Assembly (NCBI GenBank): GCA_000697335.1
Contig: JNEM01008905.1
Location: 1-61,318 of the forward strand
From: Conidiobolus incongruus B7586
Taxonomy: Eukaryota
Direction of reading: 5' to 3'
DNA length: 61,318 bases
In this document: piece after piece, positions 25,918 to 37,559 of the stretch
Layout of the letters: every line of letters begins with the position of its first letter
Numbering within the stretch: the stretch's first letter is position 1
Made by a program: the position numbers and the translations under genes
The notes under the pieces: generated by a model
The model's database searches: none
Told to the model about the DNA's origin: nothing
What the model saw: the letters and a program-made list of their open reading frames with translations, nothing else

Positions 25918-28900
25918 TTAGTTCTTTACAGTTGTATAAATTTTCAAATTTTCAAAATATTTTGTAATATATCCAAAGTGATTCGATTGATATTTTATTA
26001 TTTTATAACCATTTACTTTCAATATCTTAAAACTTTAATTTTTTATTATCAAAATTCATTTTCATTGATCTGATTTTTTATTTAATCATCTTTCCTTCCT
26101 GTCTTTATCAATAATTCAATAATTCAATTATTTTCAATTAACCCCAATACTTCTTAAACAATTTTGGATATAATCCCCAATATTTAAAATTAATTGCCGC
26201 TTATCAATTATATTTAATAATTAAAATTCAGAATTATTTTTACCACCAATGAATATCTTAATTATTTAATAATTATTAAAGAATAAATGCTTGTATTAAT
26301 TGGTTATATTTTCAAACTATTTTTTGAATTAATTCTTGACTGAAAATTTTTGCTGGTTAATTATTTATTGAATTACAAATTTTATTATTTTTATTTTGAA
26401 CTTTTTAATAAAAATTTTATATTTTATTTTAATAATTTTAAAATTATTAATTAATTAATTAATTTGTTTATAATATTAATATAAATAATTTTATATTTAT
26501 AATTAATAAATTTATTTTAATATAATTTTTAAGAAAAGTTGAATTTTTTTAATATTAATATTTGATATAGTTGAATTGATAAAAAAAAGTAACTTATCTT
26601 TTCAGTATAATGGAGCGTGAATTCAAAGTTGAGATTCAATAATACTTTTTAAGTGATATTTATTTATATAAATCAGATATTCTTATCTTTATCCATATGA
26701 ATACAATATATAATACTAATATCTATAATGAATATTGAATGTAATAATATATCTCTTTGTGGATTTTATTTCATAATTACCATTTATAATTTTGAATAGT
26801 ATTATTTAAAAATTGAATTTTATATATATTGAATATATATTTTCAATATTAATAGAATGAAGATTAAAAATTAACTGCAAATCAATATTATTTTTTGATA
26901 TATATATATATATATATTGACAATTTATTATTTAATCAACTTTTATATATCAATTAATGATCATTAAATAAGATTCAAGTATTAGAGAGTTTTTTTAATT
27001 TTTAATCAAATAGTTGATAAAAATGAATGAGAGCTAAAATACTGTATTTGACATATCAGATATCGATAAGTTCTAATTTTTAATCTTATCACTTTACTAT
27101 TATTTTGAACTGATATTCTGTTACTAATAATTTTGAAATGGTTTTTTGATTTGAATATGATTCATAATTTGCAATCAATTTATCAAATTATGATTAATAC
27201 TTTTTAAATTATTAAATAGAAACAGGTATTGAAAATCAAGCATAAAATCTATACACCCAATATAAATTCATAACAATTAGGATTATTGATTGTATTATTA
27301 GTGATAGGTCCGAAAAATTATATAACATCATAGAAACACGATTCAATTAATTAATAATCAAGTCTTACCTTAAATAATGATCATTTTCACACTTAATTTT
27401 AAAAATATTAACTAAATTACAAGGATTGATAAATTATTAGTATTATTCAATAATTAAATAATAGTTTGCCAAGGCCATTATAAAGTCTATACACTTGACT
27501 GCGACAATATTATATTTGATGAAATCCTTTAGGTGATTCCTGAAACTTAAATTAGATAAAATAATTTTATTTAATAGGATAATTATTTAACCTAAAATAT
27601 TTTATTAAAAAAATGCCAAATATGGTAAAAATTCCCAATTTATCAATTTTTTAATTGTTAAAAATTCTTGGTATATATTTTCATGTTAAAAAAAGATTTT
27701 TTTTTCTTGTATTCAATATTCAATTAATTTCATTAAAGTAAAATTAAATAATACTTTAAAATAATTTTAAATTGGATTGATATGATGGTTTTTGATGCTT
27801 TTAAATAGTATATTACAGTGAATTTAACTAATTTTTTTCACAAAAATAATTTTAGTTATAAAAATTTAATAATTCATAGTTTGGTGAAAAGAGTAAAAAT
27901 TTGATTGAAATGGGACTAACTGAAACTAAGGATATTACATAGCCATGTTACTTCAATAACCGTTAATATATTTGTACAATTTAATTTGTATTAAATAATA
28001 TTATCTAGACTAGTTCAAATCCAACAATCTTTTCTAAAGATTCCTCAAATTAATGACAAAATTTTTAAAATGGAGACAAATTAAATTATTTAGCTATTCA
28101 AAAAAATTTTCCAAGTGGATCAGTTATCATAAACCAATGGTTAAATTCAATGTTAGTGAAATAAAAGAAATATTAGACTTAAAGTGATTTTAGTTTTTGT
28201 TTAATTAAAACTCTTCTAAATATACAATACTATAAAGAAAGTTCAGTAAAGAAAAAAATGCGCAAAATAATAGACAAATTTAAACCTGATAAAATGTAAA
28301 CATATGATATCATTTGTAACAATTTAATACCAAATTTTAGCTCAAAATTCTCAAATCATATCTTGAGTTCTAATTAGGAATTTGAAATTTAACAGTGTTT
28401 GTTTGTTTGTAAGGATTGAAAATTAATTATTAGGAATTATACTTTTATTATTAATTTAAGTATTATAATATTAATTATGGATTTGATATAATATAAGTTA
28501 TTAAATGAAACATTGTTTGAAATTGACTGTATTAAGGACTTAATAGCAATGATTATATTTAAAGCAATGTATCAATAATATCAAAAAGTAGTTTATTTAG
28601 TGGTGCCAGCATTAAATTAAATCATGCAAAAAATATCTCAGCCAATTTTCGTAGCTTTATCAAAGTACGGATTCGCTTTAATAGCTAAATATGATTTTCG
28701 TTATCTAACTTGATTAATGATGGCTGTTCAAATTTATAATTAATCCATAGTATTAACTCTCGTGAAAATGAGTTAAATTCTTGATTTTTTATTTTGATTA
28801 AAAATTTTATTCAATATAATTTTGAAATTATTTAAGAAAATTACTTAATATAGAGATTTTTAAATTAAAATTAACTTATTAATTTTTTCTTTCTTTTCAA

Positions 28901-29160
28901 TAAAAATAATTTTTTTAATGGAATAGATTTCTATAAATTGTGGAACCAATGAATTGATAGGATTGTAAATTGGTAGGAATGAGAAATTCCAGCTTAATTA
29001 TTCAGTGTGGAGATTTTGCATCACAATGGAAATCATTTAAATTAGGTCAATCACATCAATATTCATTGATTTATTGCTTTCTTTTTTCTCTTTTGAAACT
29101 CATCAAACTTTTAAATATTTAATCTCACTGTCTGTCTTGGTTGGTTTTTATTTGACTTCA

Positions 29161-30087
29161 ATGATGGGCAATATTTCACACCAGACAATCTGGAAGAGAA
29201 TTTTACAATATCGTCCCTATCACGATATTCGCGACTTAATTCACGCTATTTTTCCAGGCTTGTTTTATCTTATAGTAACAGTATATTATTTATCGATGAT
29301 TAACGCTTATATGGATCGTGTTTATTATGAATATATGCAGCAGGGAATATATCAAACGAGGCTTAAAGATTTTTTGGTAGATTATTTTTATCCCAGATAT
29401 GTAGCGGCGAATGTTCCATACGACTTATCAGATATTTTTGCTAGAATATGTTTCGTTATGTTAATTGGGTTCGTGCTTTTGGGTGGGCGTGACACTTGTT
29501 GGAGACTCAGAAGAATTGGTTTCCTTATTGGAAGCTTGTACTTTTTGAGATCTTTTTTCGTGCTTACAACTCATTTACCAAGTGCTTTGGAAAGTTGTCA
29601 CCCCAACCCCCAGAGTCCTTTTATGTTGGACGCTCTTAAAATTATGGTTCAAATGAGAGCTTCTTGTGGTGATATTTTTTTCAGTGGACATACTATTATA
29701 TTTACTGGTGTTTTTGTGTGTGCTATTTCATATCCAATCTTCCCCAAACATAAATTTATCTCTACCATAATTACTTGGATATTGATTATATTTTCACTTG
29801 GATCAGCTTTCTCATTAATTACTTCTGCTTATCACTATACGATTGATGTAATGGCAGGCTTTATCTTTACCAATACAGTATGGTGGATGTATATTATTTT
29901 AGCTGAATTCCCCCAGTTTAGACATACCTGGTATGGTAAAGTGTTTATATGGTATGATCGAAAGCCCAAATCTCATCAATTAAGTCGCCATCTCGACTCT
30001 CTACCCGTATCGATGCAAGATGTCGAGCATAGAGATATCCCTCATGATCCAGTTACACCCCAGATGACTAGTATATCTCACAATTAA
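29161..30087 (+). CDS. Sphingomyelin-synthase-family (PAP2_C) phosphosphingolipid synthase
   Basis: 308 aa from ATG 29161, about 6 TMs. D3 motif CGDIFFSGHT and D4 motif HYTIDVMAG carry the His-His-Asp triad; LR..FVLTTHLP is D2-like. Confidence 0.88.
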   Translation: MMGNISHQTIWKRILQYRPYHDIRDLIHAIFPGLFYLIVTVYYLSMINAYMDRVYYEYMQQGIYQTRLKDFLVDYFYPRYVAANVPYDLSDIFARICFVMLIGFVLLGGRDTCWRLRRIGFLIGSLYFLRSFFVLTTHLPSALESCHPNPQSPFMLDALKIMVQMRASCGDIFFSGHTIIFTGVFVCAISYPIFPKHKFISTIITWILIIFSLGSAFSLITSAYHYTIDVMAGFIFTNTVWWMYIILAEFPQFRHTWYGKVFIWYDRKPKSHQLSRHLDSLPVSMQDVEHRDIPHDPVTPQMTSISHN

Positions 30088-30836
30088 GAAGCCAATAACT
30101 CTCTAACTTATCTACCAGTTTCAAGTTTTTGAAAATTGAAATCCAAAAAGTTTAGATATATAATTTAATAGTTTTTAACCCTCTCTCCTCTTTGTTAATT
30201 ATATAAATACCGACACCCGTAATCAATAATATATATAAGTATAATGTATATTATTAAAACTCATTCAATAACAATTTAATATAATAAATCTAACCTAAAA
30301 TACTACTATCCAAATTATTTTTTCTTTAAATTAATCAATCTCACTTCTATATTTTAATTTTCCACTGCCAACCAACTAGAATCCATACTTTAACACAAGT
30401 TTCCACCTATTCTATTATATGGGTAAATTTGCACCAAATGCCATCAAAAATCTCTCTATACTATTACCAATTGCCACAATACTTCGGTATGAAAGAACTT
30501 GGCATCGCGAAAACTTAAATTTTAATTAGAATATCATACTATATTTCTTAATAAATAATAATTGTTTCAAATTAGATTTAAACTTTGAGGCGAATTAATC
30601 ATTGGTTTAATTTTAATATTATGAATCAGTGTGAATTTTTTTAAATTAATAAAATTTTATTTTCTTTATATATATTTACTTTTTCTATTTTTTTTCAAAT
30701 AATTTTAATTATATTAATATTAATTTCTTTTATTTTTTTAAAATATATATATATATATATATTTATCAAGAATTATATACTTATTTTAGCAAAATATAAT
30801 TAAGTTACTAAATTTAGCAATTCAACTGAAATTGGT

Positions 30837-31425
30837 CTATAGTCAAAAAAAATTTTTTTTAATAATTAAATTGTCTCAAATAATTTTATTAGAAATTGAG
30901 TGGATAGTTTTCGATTTAAATTACAATTTGATCAATTAAATTTTTCTAATTTTACGATTGGTTATTATAATTATTGTTTGTAAAATTTAGTTGATTTGAT
31001 AATAATAATAATAATAATAATAATAATTATTATTTTCTCATATATTTTCAAGATTTTAGTTACTATTGTCAATATAGTTAGTAATTCTATTAATTGTATA
31101 AAAATTTATAATTATCATTCTAATAGTATTATAAAATATGAAATTAACATCATTATACTATCAACAATTGATCATAATATAGTTAACCAATTTTAGTAAT
31201 TTAACAAATACTATAAATTTATAGATTTTACACTAATTTTAAAAGATAAATTTTAGTTAAATAATTAACTAAGATTATTAATATAATTTATCAATTATTT
31301 ATTATTAAATATTATAAATTTAATTTGTAATTTGTTAATTTTATTAATAATAATATTAATATAAACACTTCAAAGACTATTATTTTTTTTTATTTTTTAT
31401 TAGGAAAAAAATTTTTTGACTATAG
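30837..31425. mobile_element. MITE-like element with ~30-bp imperfect terminal inverted repeats
   Basis: Left end ctatagtcaaaaaaaattttttttaataa; right end reverse-complemented reads ctatagtcaaaaaattttttcctaataa. Non-coding AT-rich interior with repeated ttttagtt and an (AAT)9 tract. Confidence 0.55.
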
Positions 31426-33359
31426 TAATGAAATGACAAATATAAATTTTATTGAATAATTATTATCATTCATTTTTTATTTATAAATTATAATATATTT
31501 TAATTAAATTCAAAAATTTATTAATAAATAAGAATACCTTATTTAGAATTAATAATAGTTCCTTTTTTACTGAAATTATTTGTAGAGTGTGATACTATGG
31601 AATTAGATAGTCTGATATTGATCATTAATACACTACTCATTTATTCTCTATCATTTTGCTCTATTATTTTGAATAATGATATATTTGATAATCTTAATTC
31701 TTCAAAATCCATAATGATATATATCATTTTATAACTATAATTTATATAACAAATATCTTCATTAATAGTCTTAAATTGGATATAATTATTACTTTCAAGG
31801 TCAAATTATTACGAATATTTAATTCATATAAGAATATAGTTATATATAATGGTATTTCAAATTATATTTTAATAATTTTTTCCTGAATTTAATATTTTAA
31901 AAATGATAGTTACTTTTATAAAAGTATCTAGATTAAATAATAATATCAATTTTTGAAAAATACAATTAATTAAAAGAATTAAATACTTTCATATATATTT
32001 ATATTGTATTTTTATTATTAGTTGACATACTGAACTAAATATATTTCTTTATTTTTAAAATAGAATTTTAATATTGAAATATAAGTATTTATCACTGTTA
32101 AATATAAAATCATTTTTATAGTATATGATACTTTGTTAATAATTCAAAAATATTAATATATAGCCAATACAAATTATATTTTATATTTTTTCCTAATATT
32201 TTCATATTATCCTTTATTAAATTAATTTTTTTATATTATTTTGGTTTGATTATATAACTGATAATTTAAATGATTATTATATGTTTTAGAATAATTTTAA
32301 CAATATATTAAATTAATAATCAATGGAAATACATTGCATAGAAACACATGTTTCTATATCATGGTTTATATCACTTTTATTATATTGAAATATAATTATT
32401 AATAAAACAAAATCATATTTATAAAAATATTTACTTGATAAGTCTCCAAAACTATTATCGATAAAATTATATATAATAAATTATCATTATTTTGACAACT
32501 TACTCTAAGTAATTAATAAAAATAATAATTAGCTTTAATATATACATATATATATAATATGATAATATTATAAATTAGAATAATTTGAAAAATCATGTTT
32601 AAAAACTAAAAAATATTATCTTAAAAAGTATTTCAGTAATAAAATAAATAATATAATTATTAAAATCATTTTGTAATCTTAATTGCAACTATTGTCATAT
32701 TAAATTTATAATTATATAAATAATTTTTAAATATATTATTATGGTAATTATATATAAGATTAGAATAAAAATTAACTAATTAGATATTTATTTCAACCCT
32801 TTATTATAAATTCGATTATTTATTCGATGATTTATACTATATTATTCGAAATATTAATATAATAATAATAACAATTTATATTATAATTTTTTATTTTTTT
32901 AATTAAACAATTTAATCTTGATTTATAATCTAATAAATATAAATTTAATTTCTTTAAAAAATATTTTAATATAAATTCAATATGAATTAAAATATAAATA
33001 TATTTTTATTAACCATTTAAATAATTTTTTAAATTATTTTCAAAATATCTATTACTTTGGTTTTAAAATCTAATAACTATCTTTAATTTAATTATAATTG
33101 GAAACTCTTATTTAATTAATTATCTTTAAACTGTATTAATTAAACGAGTTTTTATAAATATAATATTATTGTGTATTATTTATTTTATTATTGTATTCAA
33201 TATATCATTATTTTTTTTAATTATTACTTTAAATTATATTATAAATATATTTAATAATAATTATAAGCTATTTAATATAACAAATATATTAATTAATTAA
33301 TTAATCTTAAATTGAATTAAAATAAATTTACTTTATTATTATGAATTTTTAATATATAT

Positions 33360-33794
33360 TGATGGAGAATAATCCTGTCAATTACTCAAGAAACTCCAAT
33401 TACCGCAGGATTCGAGAAGTCACATTGGAGATATCACACCCCATGAACTAATTGATCCTATTACTTTCTGCCCGTAAGTTGTTCATGTCCACAAAAATCA
33501 ACAATGGAACCTAATATAAGATTATCACAAGCAAACTAATAAACACATCTTCTATCTTCATTTTCAAAAGTATACCGTCTCTAAGTTTTTCTCGTAGCCC
33601 TCACAAAAGTGTTGAGTCGTGACGAGCGTGAGATATTTACTTTATTCAAAGAACCCGATTCGTAACAAGTCATTTTCACCTACTTTGGTGAACCCCAATA
33701 ATTTCCCTTAATTACGTGGTAATTTATCGTTTACCACTGGCGATTCCCCGTTTAAGCTCGTAAAGCCCATTGTTGTCAGTGTTAACACCCGACA
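33360..33794 (+). mobile_element. Probable solo LTR (435 bp)
   Basis: Sharp GC-richer island in an AT desert; TG...CA ends with ATAT on both flanks; TATAAG (33515) followed by AATAAA (33538); no ORF. Confidence 0.55.
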
Positions 33795-34843
33795 ATATCT
33801 TTAATAACTATATATTATACTATTATGATATTTAATTTACTATGAAAATTTTTTCAAAATTATAAATACTATATATTTTTATTTTATTAAGATCATTAAT
33901 AATTATATAAAAGTAAAATTGAATATTTTTTATAATTATTTGATAAGTAAATATGTTTTTAATAATTAATATATTGATAATAATCTCTATAATTTAGATG
34001 CTTCATTATATACTATGAAAGTAATTATATTTAATTTTTAATAATCTTAAATATAATAAGCGTATTTTATATTTATTTAATAATCGAGTATTCTTTTAAA
34101 TTACCATTATTTTTAAAATAATTTAATTTCTTTACTTTAATATAGTTATATATATTAATTAAAATAGTATATATTTATAATATTTTACAATTAATATAAT
34201 ATAATATTATATTATATAACATAGTAGGTTTAGGAATAAAATTTCAAATATTAATAAGAATGTATTTGGATTTTTAAAATATTTTTTATAAGAACTATTT
34301 ATAATTATAATGGGTTTTTTAAAAAATAATTGAAATCTAATGTTTAATAATTTTTGGATATTTTATTCAATATTGATTAATTAATTTGAATAAAACTAAG
34401 AAATAATTCTTAAAATATTATTTTAATATATTTTACCTTGGTTAAATTTAAATAATGATTATATTAGAAATCTGAAATGATGAATAATATGATTGACTCT
34501 ATAATACTATAAGCAAATAGGTAATAAAACCAATATAGTGTAAAAGAACATTTAATATAATGTCCACATGGTAAGATAATATATCAGTAAACAAAGTTTA
34601 TTTAAGCTTCGTAAATAAATAAGTCAATATAGATATATTAGATTCTCTATTAGATAATATCAATATAATATATATTGATAGATATAGTCTCAATCTTAAG
34701 TATAATGATAAAAATAAAGAATAGTAAGAATTGAGAGGAAAAGAGAAGCACCTTGTTTATTAGTTAATACTATTTATATAATTAAATTAACTTTAAAAGT
34801 ATTAATTGTATAATTTAGAGTTAAATTGATTTTATAAAATTAT

Positions 34844-35361
34844 TGTCACGAGTCAACGTGACATTACCTAAAATAGGATATAATAGGAACATTTAAAGTT
34901 CCACTTCCCTTGAAATAATCACTACAAGACAAAAGGACAAAGAAGACAAAGAAGACAAAGAAGGCCAAAAGAAGTATAAGAGAACACATCAGAATAGCTA
35001 GATGAGCTATTCTGGTCATTCCTTTAACAGATCTAATAATTAATAAATAAGTTCCTCAGAGTTATAATATTTTATTCACATTAATTAGCTATCATTATGG
35101 TACTGTTACGTTCTATTTTATCTCCTGTAACATTCAAAGAAGTTCCCCTCGCAGAGTCACCTCAGACATCAGTATTCAAATTAACATTTGTCCTGCTATG
35201 TGTAATGGTTAGCTGGGGAGGAACTTGGTTAACTACAGGAAGTAATCGCTGGATAATGCGTTTGTGTCTACTAATGAGTTGGGGAATCCTTATACATCAA
35301 TGTGATGACTTCGTGGTGAATTCTTCAGCTCCTCATTGGCGGATCTTAGAGGTAGTTGACA
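34844..35361 (+). mobile_element. Solo LTR (518 bp) with 5-bp target-site duplication
   Basis: TGTCA...TGACA termini; ATTAT directly on both sides (34839-34843 and 35362-35366). Short tandem AAGACAAAG-like repeats, then TATAAG (34975) and AATAAA (35042) in U3-R-U5 order. Confidence 0.85.
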
Positions 35362-36014
35362 ATTATAAATAAAGAATTTCAAAATCTAGCCTCTCAACAA
35401 ATACTATAATCATATTTTTTAGTAATATCAGTTTATTTATTTATTTATCAGCTAATTTTGAATTTTATAATCAATATATAATTATAAATTTATTCGATAA
35501 GATTATATATAAAATATTTATATAATTTTGAATTTATTTTGATATATTTGATATTAATAATAAACAATATAAATATAGTAGTACGAAATGATATAAAATC
35601 TGTGGCAAATTGAATTTATTAATTGTACAAATAATTTAATACCATAAATTAAATAATATTATTATTTTATTTAATAATAGCAATACCTTTAAATTTGAAA
35701 TTATGTATAAGATATGATTGGTTCAAGCAATATTAACCCCCACTTAAGTATATTAAAAAATCGAAATAAATATAATATAATCAGTTTTAATAATATTTCT
35801 TTTGTAAAAGTGGAAATAAATTAAATGTGAATATTTGACCAAGATTTTAATATAAATTGATCAAAGAAGTCTTTCTGTTAAATTACATTATGATCAATAA
35901 ATTCTAAAAACTTCATTTATGTATTATAATTGAGTAAAAAATTTATAAATCTCCATAAAATAGATATATAAAATTTTTATCAAGTTGGTATAAACTAGAT
36001 ATTATTAGAAATAA

Positions 36015-37559
36015 ATGACAAAGAATACTAATATTAAAGAAAATACTCCTTTAAATTATGAGATATATAAAAATAATTTAATTTATGACATGAATATGCA
36101 AAAATTTACAGTTCAATTAGTTTTTACAGCAGTCGTTGCATGTCTTACATCTGTACAATTTGGATATCACATTGGTGAGCTGAATACTCCGTCGTTCATT
36201 TTGCTCAATTGTATTGCTGAAGATAATCTGTTTTGGGGCCTATTTCCTTCTTGCTTTAAACTATCCCAGTTCGAGTTTTCTCTTGTAACTTCGATCTTTC
36301 CACTTGGCGGTGTCATTGGATCAATTTTAGGAGCCTACGCTATGGAGAGATTGGGAAGGAAAGGAGCACTGTACTGGAATAATATTCTCCTATTATTGGG
36401 TTCATTGGCTATTTCACTTGCATCTGACACTCTCACAATATTCACTGGTAGACTCCTAGTGGGTATTGCTGCTGGTGTTGGATTGGTTGTAGTTCCAGTA
36501 TACCTTAATGAGATATCTCCTTTTAGCTTGAGGGGTAGTATTGGTGTCCTCAATCAAATTGGCATTGTCACGGGGATCATGTTATCTATAGTATTTGGTA
36601 TTTTCTGGTCAACAATATCACTTTGGAGATATATTTTTATGGTGAACATTATATTATCTGCCGTTCAACTAATTCTATTTTCCAAAGCTCCAGAATCTCC
36701 AGTGTATCTTTTGTCCAAAAGTAATGGTTATTTTGAAGCTGAAAAAGCACTCCAATATTTGAGATCTGCAGAAAATGTGGAGGATGAGTTAAACAATCTT
36801 CGAAATACTAGCGTCTCTCAAGATGGGTATCAGAGTTTAGAGGCGTCTCAAAACACTAGTACCAATGAGCAATCATTAACTGTCATTGAGCTATTTAAAT
36901 CATCACACCATTTCCCAAGTCTTATGATGATAATGTTGGTCCACTTCACTCAGCAGGCTTCAGGCGTCAACGCGATTATGTATTATTCAACTGATATTAT
37001 GAGTCGAGCATTTCCCTCCAATTCCAAATACTTAACTTTATTTATTAATATTATAAAACTAAGTGTTGGGTTGGCGTGTGCTCCTTTAGTGGATAAATTA
37101 GGCAGAAAGACACTGTTGTTGACCTCAGGAATTGCAATGGCCACCTTCAATTTCTTATTCGGATTAGCTAGTAATGCCGAGTACGCATACCTATCAGCCA
37201 TTGCTATCTTCTGTTCTATTGGAACTTTTTCAATCGGTCTGGGACCTCTTCCCTTTATCCTTTTGCCTGAACTATTTGATACTCCTTCAGTTTCTTCAGC
37301 ATCTGCAATTGCAATTCCTACCAATTTGTTTTTCAACTTTATTGTAGGTCTGGTATTCTTACCACTTCAAACATTTTTAGGAGGTGCTAATAACACTTAT
37401 ACCGGAAATGTTTTCATTTTATTTTCCGTCATCTTATTTGGAAGCATTTATATCATATACAAAATTTTGCCTGAGACCAAATCCAATACGTCTACTGACA
37501 ATATGAAAGAGCTTCAAGCTAATTATAATCAATTTTTTAAATTCACCCCTTCTCAATGA
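36015..37559 (+). CDS. MFS sugar porter, vacuolar type (copy 2, divergent binding helices)
   Basis: Intronless 514-aa paralog of 17908..19452 with the same sugar-porter motifs. Confidence 0.93.
   Translation: MTKNTNIKENTPLNYEIYKNNLIYDMNMQKFTVQLVFTAVVACLTSVQFGYHIGELNTPSFILLNCIAEDNLFWGLFPSCFKLSQFEFSLVTSIFPLGGVIGSILGAYAMERLGRKGALYWNNILLLLGSLAISLASDTLTIFTGRLLVGIAAGVGLVVVPVYLNEISPFSLRGSIGVLNQIGIVTGIMLSIVFGIFWSTISLWRYIFMVNIILSAVQLILFSKAPESPVYLLSKSNGYFEAEKALQYLRSAENVEDELNNLRNTSVSQDGYQSLEASQNTSTNEQSLTVIELFKSSHHFPSLMMIMLVHFTQQASGVNAIMYYSTDIMSRAFPSNSKYLTLFINIIKLSVGLACAPLVDKLGRKTLLLTSGIAMATFNFLFGLASNAEYAYLSAIAIFCSIGTFSIGLGPLPFILLPELFDTPSVSSASAIAIPTNLFFNFIVGLVFLPLQTFLGGANNTYTGNVFILFSVILFGSIYIIYKILPETKSNTSTDNMKELQANYNQFFKFTPSQ

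Noticed and set aside
30996..31196. Poly-Ile ORF
   Set aside because: It is the translation of an (AAT)n microsatellite inside the MITE-like element.
32338..32357. 9-bp palindrome atagaaaca/tgtttctat
   Set aside because: It is isolated and expected occasionally in 60 kb of AT-rich DNA.
35097..35372. 91-aa ORF
   Set aside because: It lies within the solo LTR and runs past its end; no protein features.
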